A DNA stretch of 64,000 bases from Bacteroidota bacterium (GTDB lineage Bacteria; Bacteroidota; Bacteroidia; NS11-12g; UBA9320): contig JABIUV010000007.1 of assembly GCA_018700895.1 (NCBI GenBank), forward strand, positions 4,640-68,639, given 5' to 3'. Positions 8,912 through 18,313 of this stretch are shown here, piece after piece (the stretch's first letter is position 1; each line of letters begins with the position of its first letter). A program made the translations under genes and the position numbers. The notes beneath the pieces were generated by a model that was not told where the DNA came from, made no database searches, and worked only from the letters and a program-made list of their open reading frames with translations.

Positions 8912-11074
8912 TTAACGCATAAGAAATACGCCACCACTAGCCGTAAGTGTCTCCACTGCATTTTCAACTGGTTTTTCGTAACGGATGACATAAAAATAGG
9001 TGTCGCTTTTGGCAGGAATACCGTTTTGCATACCGTCCCACCCAAAAGTATCCGCATAACTTTCGTATAAAAGCTCACCCCATTTGTTGTAAATAATCAT
9101 ACTCTGAATCACAATGTTACCAGTAGCCTGAAATACGTCATTGAGTTTATCACCGTTAGGCGTAAAAGCATTAGGAACAAAAATATCACAAGCAAACGGT
9201 AGAAAATCCAAGGTAACACTATCTGTATAGGTACCACACTTATTGGTAGTAGTAACCTTATACTCACCCGAAACACTCAAGGTTCTTCGTCCACCTTCAA
9301 AACCATCAGACCACTCATAATTAGCTTCTGGTGCTGATACATCTACATCTCTAAAACTTCCACCACATAAGGTGCTATCGCTTCCTAATTCGAAAATAGG
9401 GGCATCTATCACACGTACCATCATCGAATCCCTGAATGTACATCCATTCTCTGAACGTTGAGCCCAGAGTACTCCATCTGCTGTAACTTGAGTAAATGTA
9501 TCCGTACCTCCTGTACTCCAAAGTATACTCGTTCCTTCACCCAAAATACTTTTTTCATAGCTTGTTCCCGAACATATACTTGTATCCATACCAAGCTCAA
9601 ATTCAGGCACACGATATACGGTGGTAGATTGCGTGGCAGTATCTTTACATCCATCTATATCCACTGCGTATCGTACTGTATTTAATCCAAGGGCATCTGC
9701 AGTAAATCGCCCGTTTGCATCCATACCATCACCTAGCCACACCCCATTATCTAAAAGAGGTACTAAAGCAGTAGTATCTCCTTCACAGTATGATGCGTTT
9801 AACACACCAAAGACATTATTGGGTTGAGGCAACACCTGAACCGAATCCTCATAAATATCGTAGCACCCTGCTCCATCTATGGCTTCAAGTGTTATGTAAT
9901 ACAAGCCAATACTGCTGTAGCTATGGGACACATTATTTCCTGTTGAGCTATTCCCATCCCCAAAATTCCACGTGCTAACAACTGTACCGTCCATTGTATT
10001 ATGATCAAAATCAAATAGGTTATTGTTCAAACACATCAATGTATCTAGCTCTACCAAGAGTGTATCTATCGGTCTTGGCTTCACGGTAAGTGCCATCTCA
10101 AAAGAGTCTGAGCAGAGCTCAATCCCATTAAAATCATTATCTACTACTAACTTCACCATATAAGTACCTGGCTCACTGTAAGTCTTGTCTATGAAATTAT
10201 TATCTGGGCCTATTTCGAATGTTCCATCTCCGTAATACCACGTAAACTCTGAGTTAGAAATTCCAGTAGGTAAAAAATCAGGTGAAGATGTATTGGTAAA
10301 TTTAAAATAATTTTGAGTTCCGTCCTGATTCAAAAAACATTGCTCTGCCGTGTTGCCAATTATATCTGTATCCAAAGTGAAAGATACGCTTGGATTTGGA
10401 GCTACAGTATCGGGTTTTATAGTAGTTGCTTGACATCCTGTAGAGCTCACACGAAGTGAAACATCATATAACCCCTTGGCTGGATATGTGTAGGTAGGAG
10501 TAGCATCTGTGCTGGTAGTACCATCACCAAATCTCCAGAAGTAACTCAATGCATCGCTACCAGAACGGGTAACAGTAGGCGTAAATGTAAAGCTATTAGC
10601 ACTTAAGCATTGAAATGGATCACTTATAGAAAAATCTATCGCAAAACTCTCAGTTGTTGAGCTCGCCTCTGGATAACTCGTAGTGAGATAATTAAAAACC
10701 GTACCACCTCCGTTATACTCAAAAACAGAAAAATAATACGTGGTATTGGGTTCTAAATTGGAAACCGAAACGGAGCTGCCATTTCCGTTGTAAACTACAA
10801 ATTCTGTAGCACTAAAAAAATGTCCTGACCCAAAAGAAGCATTAGCAAGATAGAAGGTATTATTCGTCGGCACTACGGATGTAGCAGCATCTTTAGAAGC
10901 TATCACAATGCGTGACCCACCATCTCCGTTGGTCCAAGAAACATCCACCGCTGAGCAAGTCTTTGTTCCAAAAACTACATTAGTAGCAGCTACCGTAGGT
11001 GCCTGAGCATATGATTGCCATACCAGTAGGGTCAGTATGATAAGTATAAATAGCTTTCTCATGCTAATTGGCAA
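8912..11074 (-). CDS. Secreted PKD-domain protein with a T9SS type-B (gliding-motility-associated) C-terminal sorting domain
   Basis: Signal peptide MRKLFILIILTLLVWQSYAQA. PKD hallmarks WRFGDGTTS, YYGDGTF and WNFGDGNSS. C-terminus FVPNAFTPNGDKLNDVF...YNKWGELLYES...WDG...NG...YFYVIRY matches the CHU_C/type-B CTD. Confidence 0.8.
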   Translation of the reverse strand: MPISMRKLFILIILTLLVWQSYAQAPTVAATNVVFGTKTCSAVDVSWTNGDGGSRIVIASKDAATSVVPTNNTFYLANASFGSGHFFSATEFVVYNGNGSSVSVSNLEPNTTYYFSVFEYNGGGTVFNYLTTSYPEASSTTESFAIDFSISDPFQCLSANSFTFTPTVTRSGSDALSYFWRFGDGTTSTDATPTYTYPAKGLYDVSLRVSSTGCQATTIKPDTVAPNPSVSFTLDTDIIGNTAEQCFLNQDGTQNYFKFTNTSSPDFLPTGISNSEFTWYYGDGTFEIGPDNNFIDKTYSEPGTYMVKLVVDNDFNGIELCSDSFEMALTVKPRPIDTLLVELDTLMCLNNNLFDFDHNTMDGTVVSTWNFGDGNSSTGNNVSHSYSSIGLYYITLEAIDGAGCYDIYEDSVQVLPQPNNVFGVLNASYCEGDTTALVPLLDNGVWLGDGMDANGRFTADALGLNTVRYAVDIDGCKDTATQSTTVYRVPEFELGMDTSICSGTSYEKSILGEGTSILWSTGGTDTFTQVTADGVLWAQRSENGCTFRDSMMVRVIDAPIFELGSDSTLCGGSFRDVDVSAPEANYEWSDGFEGGRRTLSVSGEYKVTTTNKCGTYTDSVTLDFLPFACDIFVPNAFTPNGDKLNDVFQATGNIVIQSMIIYNKWGELLYESYADTFGWDGMQNGIPAKSDTYFYVIRYEKPVENAVETLTASGGVFLMR

Positions 11075-11164
11075 AGATAAGACAACATTGTATTCTAAAA
11101 CGTAAACTTAGGACTGACTGTTTAATGGGCATTCACTTTTTCACTAGAAAGATATAGTTCAGCA

Positions 11165-12025
11165 TCATATACGTGCTACGATACCCAATGGAAGCACCTG
11201 CTCTGTTCTGGATTTTAAGCAAAGCTCCGATATAACCACTTCTCTATCAGCAAAATAGTCGAACATCATATTTTGAATAATATAAGGAGATAACCCAAGT
11301 GAATAGACATTAAGTACCAAGAATCCATCTTCTGACAGCAATTGCGAAACCTGCTGTAAGAGTAACCCAAGTTTTTCCTCGAGTTTCCAACGTTCACCTT
11401 TGGCTCCTATACCGTAAGCGGGCGGATCTAATATTATGCCTTGGTACTTCTTGCCGCGTTTCACCTCTCTGCTTACAAATTTGAGTGCATCCTCTACAAC
11501 CCAGCGAATATCTCTAAGCTTACTATGCTCTTGATTTTCATTGGCCCAACTCACTACTTGTTTTATACTATCTACGTGCACTACATCTACTCCCGCAGCC
11601 TTGGCAGCTAGTGACGCTCCTCCGGTATAGGCAAATAGGTTAAGTACACTTGCTTTACCTTGTAGCTCTTTACTTTTCTTGTATATATAATCCCAATTTG
11701 CGGCCTGCTCAGGAAATATACCTACGTGTTTAAACTGTGTGAAGTTCAATTTCATCTTTATGAAATCATCTTTCAAACCGTATTTCAGAAACCATGGCTT
11801 AGGTTTCCCCTTAAGATTCCATTGGCCTTTGTGGCTGCCTTCTTGTGCAAAAGCACCCGTTTGCATCCCTTCCCACTCGGCTTTGCTCAGGCGTGCATTC
11901 CATATTGCTTGCGGCTCAGGGCGTGCGAGTATATGATGGCCAAATTTTTCTAATTTCATACCACTTCCTGAGTCTATTAATTCATACTCACCTTTCCAAT
12001 GAATAGGAAATATCGCTTCTATCAT
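11165..12025 (-). CDS. Class I SAM-dependent RNA methyltransferase, RlmI/RlmK-like
   Basis: Methyltransferase core LNLFAYTGGASLAAKAAGVDVVHVDSIKQVVSWANEN and ILDPPAY. 4-nt overlap with the upstream exonuclease gene. Confidence 0.7.
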   Translation of the reverse strand: MIEAIFPIHWKGEYELIDSGSGMKLEKFGHHILARPEPQAIWNARLSKAEWEGMQTGAFAQEGSHKGQWNLKGKPKPWFLKYGLKDDFIKMKLNFTQFKHVGIFPEQAANWDYIYKKSKELQGKASVLNLFAYTGGASLAAKAAGVDVVHVDSIKQVVSWANENQEHSKLRDIRWVVEDALKFVSREVKRGKKYQGIILDPPAYGIGAKGERWKLEEKLGLLLQQVSQLLSEDGFLVLNVYSLGLSPYIIQNMMFDYFADREVVISELCLKSRTEQVLPLGIVARI

Positions 12026-12720
12026 ACCTTTTTTACTTCGTCTTGTTTTATGTGTGGCATTCCGTTCATTCGCAGGTAAATACCCGCAAGTGTCACTACA
12101 TCTCGCTCACAGTAGAGGCGTATTCGCTCTAAATCTTTGTCTTGGTAATACACTTCGTAAATATCGCTGCCATCTATGTCACCCTTGGGCGTTTCTATTC
12201 CAAAGAGTGTAGCTAACAACCCTAAGGACGTATAACTCTTGAAATCGCCAAATTTCCAGAGTTGCATCGTATCCAGATGTTTTACATCCCATGGTTTTTT
12301 GCCTGCCAAATCTAGTATGTCGGGCATTTCAATATCATTTACCAAAATCCTGCGGCAGAGGTACGGAAAATCAAACTCCTTACCATTGTGAGCACACAGA
12401 AAATGTGTTTTGGAGAAGTAATTATGATGAAGTAAATCACAAAATTCTTGGAGTAACTGTTTTTCATCTTCTCCGTAAAAACTCTTCACTCTAAATGAGC
12501 GTTGATCCCCAGCTTCGGCTATGAAACCTACAGAGATGCAAATAATCTTACCAAACTCAGCGTATATACCTGCACGAGGATAAAGCTCTTGGGGTGACTC
12601 ATCATTTTGGGCGAGTCTCGCAGCCTTTTTGTCCCATAGTTTTTGCCAGGGCGTACTTAGCTTATCATAGTCCTCCGCTTGTGGAACGGTCTCTATATCT
12701 ATAAATAATATATCCTGCAA
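12022..12720 (-). CDS. 3'-5' exonuclease (DnaQ/PolB-exonuclease-like fold); start re-called at TTG about 12720
   Basis: Exo I motif ILFIDIETVP near the N-terminus. The ORF-track extension to 12825 is an out-of-frame read through the Gly-rich tail of the upstream TPM gene, and a TTG immediately before LQDILFIDIE removes that overlap. Confidence 0.65.
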   Translation of the reverse strand: MQDILFIDIETVPQAEDYDKLSTPWQKLWDKKAARLAQNDESPQELYPRAGIYAEFGKIICISVGFIAEAGDQRSFRVKSFYGEDEKQLLQEFCDLLHHNYFSKTHFLCAHNGKEFDFPYLCRRILVNDIEMPDILDLAGKKPWDVKHLDTMQLWKFGDFKSYTSLGLLATLFGIETPKGDIDGSDIYEVYYQDKDLERIRLYCERDVVTLAGIYLRMNGMPHIKQDEVKKV

Positions 12721-12727
12721 GAAAAGG

Positions 12728-13486
12728 TTACCAGCTTCCACCTGCACCTCCTCCCCCAAAGCTTCCACCGCCAAATCCGCCACCAAATCCACCACCGCTA
12801 AATCCACCGCCACCACCAGAACCACCGCCGCCTATCCAAAAAGGTGGCAACCCGCTTCTGCCTCTGTGACGTGGATTATCATAATCGTATGTTTTACCAT
12901 TATTGCCTCCACTACTGAAGATGATTAGAATTATAATGACGATGAGTATTATGACCCATATCGGTATCCCCTCTTGCGGGCCATTAGGACCACCACTACT
13001 TACAAATTCTCCCTCTAGGTGCTGAATGATAACATCCGTAGCCTCATTTAAGCCTTTGCCATATTGTTTATTCTTAAAATTTGGTGCAAGTTGATTCCTC
13101 ACCACACGACCTGCCCTCAGGTCAGTAAGAGCTCCTTCTGCCCCTCTCCCTACTTGAATAAACATTTTACGATCATTGATGGCTACGTATATCAAGATAC
13201 CATTATCTTTTTCCTTACCGCCTATGCCCCAGCTCTCGGCTAGTCTATAGCTATAGTCAAATACATCATCTCCTTCTAGCGAGGATTCCGTTACAATCAC
13301 GATTTCGGTTGAAGTACTATCATAATACGCTTTGAGCTTGCGAAGCAGAAATAGCTCTTGGTCTGCCTCCAATACATTGGCATAATCCTGCACCCAACGT
13401 CTATCGGTAGGTGCTTTGGGCACTTTTTTAGCCCAAACGAGGCACGTTGCTATTAATAAAAATACTGTTGTTATTTTCCTACCCAT
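12728..13486 (-). CDS. TPM-domain (YgcG-like) membrane protein with a Gly-rich C-terminal tail
   Basis: Signal peptide, then TPM domain (VQDYANVLEADQELFLLRKLKAYYDSTSTEIVIVTESSLEGDD), a TM segment IWVIILIVIIILIIF, and a GGGGSGGGGGFSGGGFGGGFGGGSFGGGGAGG tail. Confidence 0.8.
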   Translation of the reverse strand: MGRKITTVFLLIATCLVWAKKVPKAPTDRRWVQDYANVLEADQELFLLRKLKAYYDSTSTEIVIVTESSLEGDDVFDYSYRLAESWGIGGKEKDNGILIYVAINDRKMFIQVGRGAEGALTDLRAGRVVRNQLAPNFKNKQYGKGLNEATDVIIQHLEGEFVSSGGPNGPQEGIPIWVIILIVIIILIIFSSGGNNGKTYDYDNPRHRGRSGLPPFWIGGGGSGGGGGFSGGGFGGGFGGGSFGGGGAGGSW

Positions 13487-13919
13487 AGCTTATGTCGTCT
13501 GGCAATTCATTTACATCATCACGCTGATATGGAAAAAAGGCTTGTAGTTGTTCACCAGCTTCGGTTATCCCTTCACATATTCCCGATACAATATTTCCCA
13601 TAGCAAATTCTTGAATCATCTTGGTTTTCGTGCTATCCCAAAAACCATTGGGCACGCGAGCATTGATGCCCGTATCGCCTACTATGGCAAACTTTTTTTC
13701 TTTTAATGCTACGTATATCAACACCCCATTGCGATGCTCAGTTTCTTCCATTTTCAGATGGGTAAACATATTTTGTGCTTTAAATAACGGGTCTGTTTTG
13801 CACCATTTATCTATATGCACACGAATTTCACCCGAGGTATTAAGCTCTGCAGCAGCTATAGCTTTAAGGATTTTTTGTTCCTCATTGGGAGCTAGTGGCT
13901 CCCATTTCCAGATACTCAT
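13479..13919 (-). CDS. TPM-domain protein (second copy)
   Basis: TPM fold motifs IRVHIDKW and NGVLIYVALKEKKFAIVGDTGINARVP. 8-nt overlap with the downstream TPM gene. Confidence 0.8.
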   Translation of the reverse strand: MSIWKWEPLAPNEEQKILKAIAAAELNTSGEIRVHIDKWCKTDPLFKAQNMFTHLKMEETEHRNGVLIYVALKEKKFAIVGDTGINARVPNGFWDSTKTKMIQEFAMGNIVSGICEGITEAGEQLQAFFPYQRDDVNELPDDISYG

Positions 13920-13940
13920 TTTTCTTTTCGAGTATGACTT

Positions 13941-14519
13941 CTAAAACTCAACGCTAGGAGCTTTATCACTACCTGCCTCTGCTTCGAAATATGGTTTCTT
14001 ATCAAAAGAAAACCAGCTTGCATAAATGCTTCGCGGAATCTGACGGATATAAGTATTGTAGTCTTTTGCTACGGCATTATAACTGTTACGCTCCGTATTA
14101 ATCCTATTCTCTGTTCCTTCTAGTTGATCCTGGAGCTCTAAGAAGTTTTGGTTGGCTTTCAATTCTGGGTAGCGTTCTACTGTCACTAGCAGTCGTGATA
14201 ATGCACCACTTAGTTCCCCTTGTGCGGCTTGAAATTGCTGTAACTTATCAGGAGTCAAATTAGTAGGATCTATCGTTGTTTGTGTTGCTTTGGCTCTTGC
14301 TTCTATGACTTTAGTAAGTGTCTCTTGCTCAAAATCGGCATAACCTTTTACCGTATTAACAAGATTAGGGATTAAGTCAGCTCTCCTTTGATAGGCACTC
14401 TCTACGTTTGCCCAAGATTGATCTACGCCTTCCTGCATGCTTACCATCTGATTGTAGCCACAAGATGAGAATAACATTACTATTGCTGCTAACGGGAATA
14501 ACTTTAAGGTGTTTTTCAT
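13941..14519 (-). CDS. lemA: LemA-family lipoprotein; start re-called at MKNTLK
   Basis: LemA core QSWANVESAYQRRADLIPNLVNTVKGYADFEQETLTKVIEARAKAT. Lipoprotein signal MKNTLKLFPLAAIVMLFSSC. Confidence 0.85.
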   Translation of the reverse strand: MKNTLKLFPLAAIVMLFSSCGYNQMVSMQEGVDQSWANVESAYQRRADLIPNLVNTVKGYADFEQETLTKVIEARAKATQTTIDPTNLTPDKLQQFQAAQGELSGALSRLLVTVERYPELKANQNFLELQDQLEGTENRINTERNSYNAVAKDYNTYIRQIPRSIYASWFSFDKKPYFEAEAGSDKAPSVEF

Positions 14520-14736
14520 TTTTAAATATGTACTCTTGATTTTGCACAAATGTACCTTTTGAGAGCAAAAAAATAACATCCAATCTATATGCTACACAGT
14601 TTTATAGTTTAGATTTGTTTCTGTAAGATGAAAGTTACTTCAAGAATATCGGTGTTCTTATCTATAAGGTTCTTACACAATCCAAGTAATTATGAGAATT
14701 AAACACCTACTTTACTAAATCAGTGTAAACATAAGC

Positions 14737-17244
14737 TTGTACGCTCAATTTACTGAAGATTTCAGTGATGGAAACTTCAGTAGCACTCCGACTTGGAGCG
14801 GAGACGAAAGTAAATTTACCATAGTAGGTGAAGAACTCAGAAGTAATAGCACTAAAGCATCAGATATTTTTTACCTAAGTACTCCTAGTGCACTTGCTCC
14901 AGGTGATTTGGAGTGGCGATTTAGAGTAAATATGCAATTTAGCACTTCGGGGGCTAATTATACGGATGTGTATTTAATGGCGGATACTGCGAGCCTTACA
15001 CAGGTGACCAATGGATATTTCGTACGCATAGGCAATACCAAAGATGAAATATCACTCTATAAAATTGTGGGAGGAACCACTACACAGCTCACCGATGGTA
15101 CCGACTCTAAGACACATAACAAAAACATCACTGTTAGAGTGACCAAAGGAGCATTTGGCACGTGGGCGGTTTATGCAGACTATACAGGAGGTAATGACTA
15201 TGCTACAGAGGGAACGGCAATAGATAACGACATCACGACTAGTGACTACTTTGGATTTTATGTAAAACAGAGCACACCAAAATTCCATCTCAAGCATTTT
15301 TATGACGATATATATGTAGGACCACTGGAGGTAGATACTCAAAAACCAAGCATAACTCATACAGAAGCCTTAGATGCCAATACCATACGTATTACTGCGA
15401 GTGAACCGATTAGTATAGCTGGCACTAGCTTTGATTTGAATAATGGATATGGCAATCCAGATAATGCTTTAGCCAACGGAAATCAAGTCACGCTTACCTA
15501 TTACACGAGCTTGACCAACAATACTTATGAGCTTACCATTAATGCACTTGGCGATTTGGCGGGCAATAGACTCGACACGACTGTACAGTTGAGCTACTTT
15601 GTGTTACCCAAGCCTAATACGGGCGACATTCTAATCACCGAAATATTTGCTGACCCTACTCCAAGTATAGGGTTGCCTGATGCTGAGTTTTTGGAAATTT
15701 ATAACACGACGAACCAGACACTAGACCTCACGGGCTGCACTATAAGCGATGGGGGAAGTTCAGCTAGTTTACCCACCTTACAACTCGCTGCTAATAGCTA
15801 CGCGGTACTTGTAAAAGACGGCACGCAAGATCTGTTTGCAAGCTATCCTAATGTGATAGCCGTACCGAGTTTCCCTGCCTTGAATAACACAGGCGACGCC
15901 TTAGAACTAAAAAATGAAAATGACATCCTACTAGATGCAGTTGCATACACGGATGATTTTTATAGAGATGTAATAAAAAAAGCAGGAGGCTATTCGCTAG
16001 AACGAATAGATTTTGAGAGTAGCTGCCCTACCGAGGTAAATTGGATAGCGAGTAACGATGCAAACAGTGGGACTCCATCACGCGAGAACTCTGTACTAGG
16101 TCAAAATCCTGATAATACCGCCCCGCAATTACTAAGTGCCGTAATCACAAGTGACAATACCGTGGAGCTACAACTTAGCGAAAAACCTACTGGTGTGAGT
16201 GATTTGACATCTGCTAACTACTCACTACTGCCTAACAATGAGCAACCTACAACTGTGATATTAGACAATGCGACCAACACCATCACGCTAACGTTTGCTT
16301 CCATTTTAGCAGAAAACTCCATTTATGAGTTAGAAATTAGTCAGTTAGGAGATTGCATTGGCAACACTATTACTGCTTTAGCTATTCAAATCATACGAAC
16401 ATCTCCGTTGGCGGCAAACGATGTTATTATCAATGAAATTCTATTCAACCCAAAAGAAAATGGGGTAGATTTCATAGAACTTTACAGTATCAGTAAAAAA
16501 TACATTGCTCTAGACTTCCTATTTTTTCAATACGTGAAAAGTGACGGTAAGCGTGCGAATAATAAGGTGTTAGTCAATCGTATAATCGGTCCAGAAGAAT
16601 ATGTGGCTCTCACTGCTGACTCCAACCAACTGAAGATAGATTACCCCAATGCAACTAATCTGCTAGAGGTAGAAAACTTACCACCTATGAACAATGACGA
16701 AGGAGCATTTGCAGTTTTCAATGCACTTGGTATGACATTGGACTCTGTGGCCTACACCGAAGACCAACATTTTGCGTTGCTAAGTGATGTGAATGGCGTA
16801 AGTCTGGAACGAATAGACCCATTTACATCTAGCACAACATTAAGCAATTGGCACTCGGCCAGCAGTATGGCGGGTTACGCCACACCTGGTTATCAAAACT
16901 CCCAATACAAGGCTATTCCTTCCGCAAGCAACACATTGAATCTTGCATCTAAAACGGTATCGCCTGATGGCGATGGATACGAAGACGTACTCACCGTTGT
17001 CTATGATTTTTCTACCAACGGGCATATATTAAATGGTTATGTGTATGACTTATCGGGCAGGCTGATAGACCACGCTTTTAATAATCTCTCGCTCAGTACT
17101 TCTAGCACTATAAATTGGGATGGTATGCTAGAAAATGGCACCAAAATACCTGTAGGTAATTACATCCTTTTACTCGAGACATTTGACCTAGAAGGTAATA
17201 TTACACGTAAGAAGTTTGCTTTCAGTATTTTAGGTTTGTTTTAA
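14737..17244 (+). CDS. Large secreted protein with two lamin-tail domains (LTD) and a T9SS type-B C-terminal domain; TTG start with no signal peptide detectable
   Basis: LTD motifs ILITEIFADPTPS...AEFLEIYNTTNQTLDLTGCTISDG and VIINEILFNPKENGVDFIELY. C-terminus SPDGDGYEDVL...WDGMLENGTKIPVGNYILLLETFD matches the type-B CTD. An in-frame TAA lies 21 nt upstream of the called start. Confidence 0.75.
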   Translation: MYAQFTEDFSDGNFSSTPTWSGDESKFTIVGEELRSNSTKASDIFYLSTPSALAPGDLEWRFRVNMQFSTSGANYTDVYLMADTASLTQVTNGYFVRIGNTKDEISLYKIVGGTTTQLTDGTDSKTHNKNITVRVTKGAFGTWAVYADYTGGNDYATEGTAIDNDITTSDYFGFYVKQSTPKFHLKHFYDDIYVGPLEVDTQKPSITHTEALDANTIRITASEPISIAGTSFDLNNGYGNPDNALANGNQVTLTYYTSLTNNTYELTINALGDLAGNRLDTTVQLSYFVLPKPNTGDILITEIFADPTPSIGLPDAEFLEIYNTTNQTLDLTGCTISDGGSSASLPTLQLAANSYAVLVKDGTQDLFASYPNVIAVPSFPALNNTGDALELKNENDILLDAVAYTDDFYRDVIKKAGGYSLERIDFESSCPTEVNWIASNDANSGTPSRENSVLGQNPDNTAPQLLSAVITSDNTVELQLSEKPTGVSDLTSANYSLLPNNEQPTTVILDNATNTITLTFASILAENSIYELEISQLGDCIGNTITALAIQIIRTSPLAANDVIINEILFNPKENGVDFIELYSISKKYIALDFLFFQYVKSDGKRANNKVLVNRIIGPEEYVALTADSNQLKIDYPNATNLLEVENLPPMNNDEGAFAVFNALGMTLDSVAYTEDQHFALLSDVNGVSLERIDPFTSSTTLSNWHSASSMAGYATPGYQNSQYKAIPSASNTLNLASKTVSPDGDGYEDVLTVVYDFSTNGHILNGYVYDLSGRLIDHAFNNLSLSTSSTINWDGMLENGTKIPVGNYILLLETFDLEGNITRKKFAFSILGLF

Positions 17245-17254
17245 CCCCAAATAC

Positions 17255-17322
17255 TCCTAACAAATTCCGAAAATTAATGCGAAATTTCGGAATGAAATCC
17301 GAAAATTGATACTTTTTAGGGC
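17255..17322. promoter_or_regulatory. Three copies of a CCGAAAATT motif (direct, inverted, direct) forming an imperfect hairpin between the LTD gene and murQ
   Basis: Read as ttccgaaaatt-aatgcg-aaatttcggaa-tgaaat-ccgaaaattga. Candidate terminator or operator. No U-tract follows. Confidence 0.3.
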
Positions 17323-17338
17323 AAATTTGTTCTGTATA

Positions 17339-18145
17339 ATGCTCACCACCGAATCATCAAGTCATCACGACGACTTAGAAAACAAGTCAACCTTGGAACT
17401 ACTCCAAGGTATGAACCAAGAAGACCAAACCGTACCCCTAGCTATAGCCCAAGAACTAGAAAGCATTCAGAATCTTATAGACGCCGCTTACATAAAAATG
17501 CTAAACGGAGGAAGACTCTTTTACCTAGGAAGTGGCACAAGTGGCCGACTAGGCATAGTGGATGCTAGCGAATGCCCACCAACCTATGGCGTACCTCAAG
17601 GCTTGGTAGTAGGAATAATAGCAGGAGGTGATCCTGCCATACGCGTAGCTGTAGAAAATGCCGAAGATGACCCACTGCAAGGCTGGTATGATTTGCAAGA
17701 GCAAAGCATCAGCAAACGCGACTTTGTAATAGGCATAAGTGCCAGCGGAACAGCACCTTACGTGAACGGAGCATTGGAACTATGCATAGCCAATGGAATA
17801 GCCTGTGGAGCAATAGCCTGCAATAAAAATAGCCAAATAGGCCAAACAGCTAATCATGCTATCGAGGTAGTAGTAGGTCCTGAATTTGTAACAGGAAGTA
17901 CCCGTATGAAAAGTGGAACTGCTCAAAAACTGATACTAAATATGATAAGCACTAGCCTGATGATAAAACTAGGACACGTACAAGGCAATAGTATGGTAGA
18001 TATGCAACTCAGTAATAAAAAACTCGTTATACGCGGCACCCGTATGATAATGGAACAAACAGGACTAGATGAATATACCGCAAAAGACCTTTTGCTAAAA
18101 CACGGAAGCGTGCGTAATGCAGTACAAGCAGCCCAACGCTGGTAA
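17339..18145 (+). CDS. murQ: N-acetylmuramic acid 6-phosphate etherase (MurQ); start re-called at MLTTESS
   Basis: SIS-domain signature GRLFYLGSGTSGRLGIVDASECPPTYGV and a C-terminal MurQ region. Confidence 0.85.
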   Translation: MLTTESSSHHDDLENKSTLELLQGMNQEDQTVPLAIAQELESIQNLIDAAYIKMLNGGRLFYLGSGTSGRLGIVDASECPPTYGVPQGLVVGIIAGGDPAIRVAVENAEDDPLQGWYDLQEQSISKRDFVIGISASGTAPYVNGALELCIANGIACGAIACNKNSQIGQTANHAIEVVVGPEFVTGSTRMKSGTAQKLILNMISTSLMIKLGHVQGNSMVDMQLSNKKLVIRGTRMIMEQTGLDEYTAKDLLLKHGSVRNAVQAAQRW

Positions 18146-18313
18146 TCGTATTAAACTGAACAATTTCACCTCCTGAAACAACATCAAGAATATTGCTTTT
18201 GAATACCTACAATTTCATTTACCTTTGACCTTTGAATGAGCACTTTGCATATCAATTCTGATACATCTAAGCAACGAGAAGGCACACCATTCGTTCAAAA
18301 CACCACACAACCA

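Noticed and set aside
9421-9978. Short antisense or alternate-frame ORFs inside large genes (several similar cases in the track)
   Set aside because: They lie wholly within, and antisense or out of frame to, strongly supported long CDSs, and they have low-complexity translations. They are spurious ORFs of the kind expected in AT-rich DNA.
12721-12825. N-terminal extension of the exonuclease ORF (MVLVVAVDLAVVDLVADLAVEALGEE...)
   Set aside because: This is the Gly-rich tail of the upstream TPM gene read in another frame (the low-complexity GGN/GCC repeats give Val/Ala/Asp runs). The conserved Exo I motif follows a TTG start at about 12720.
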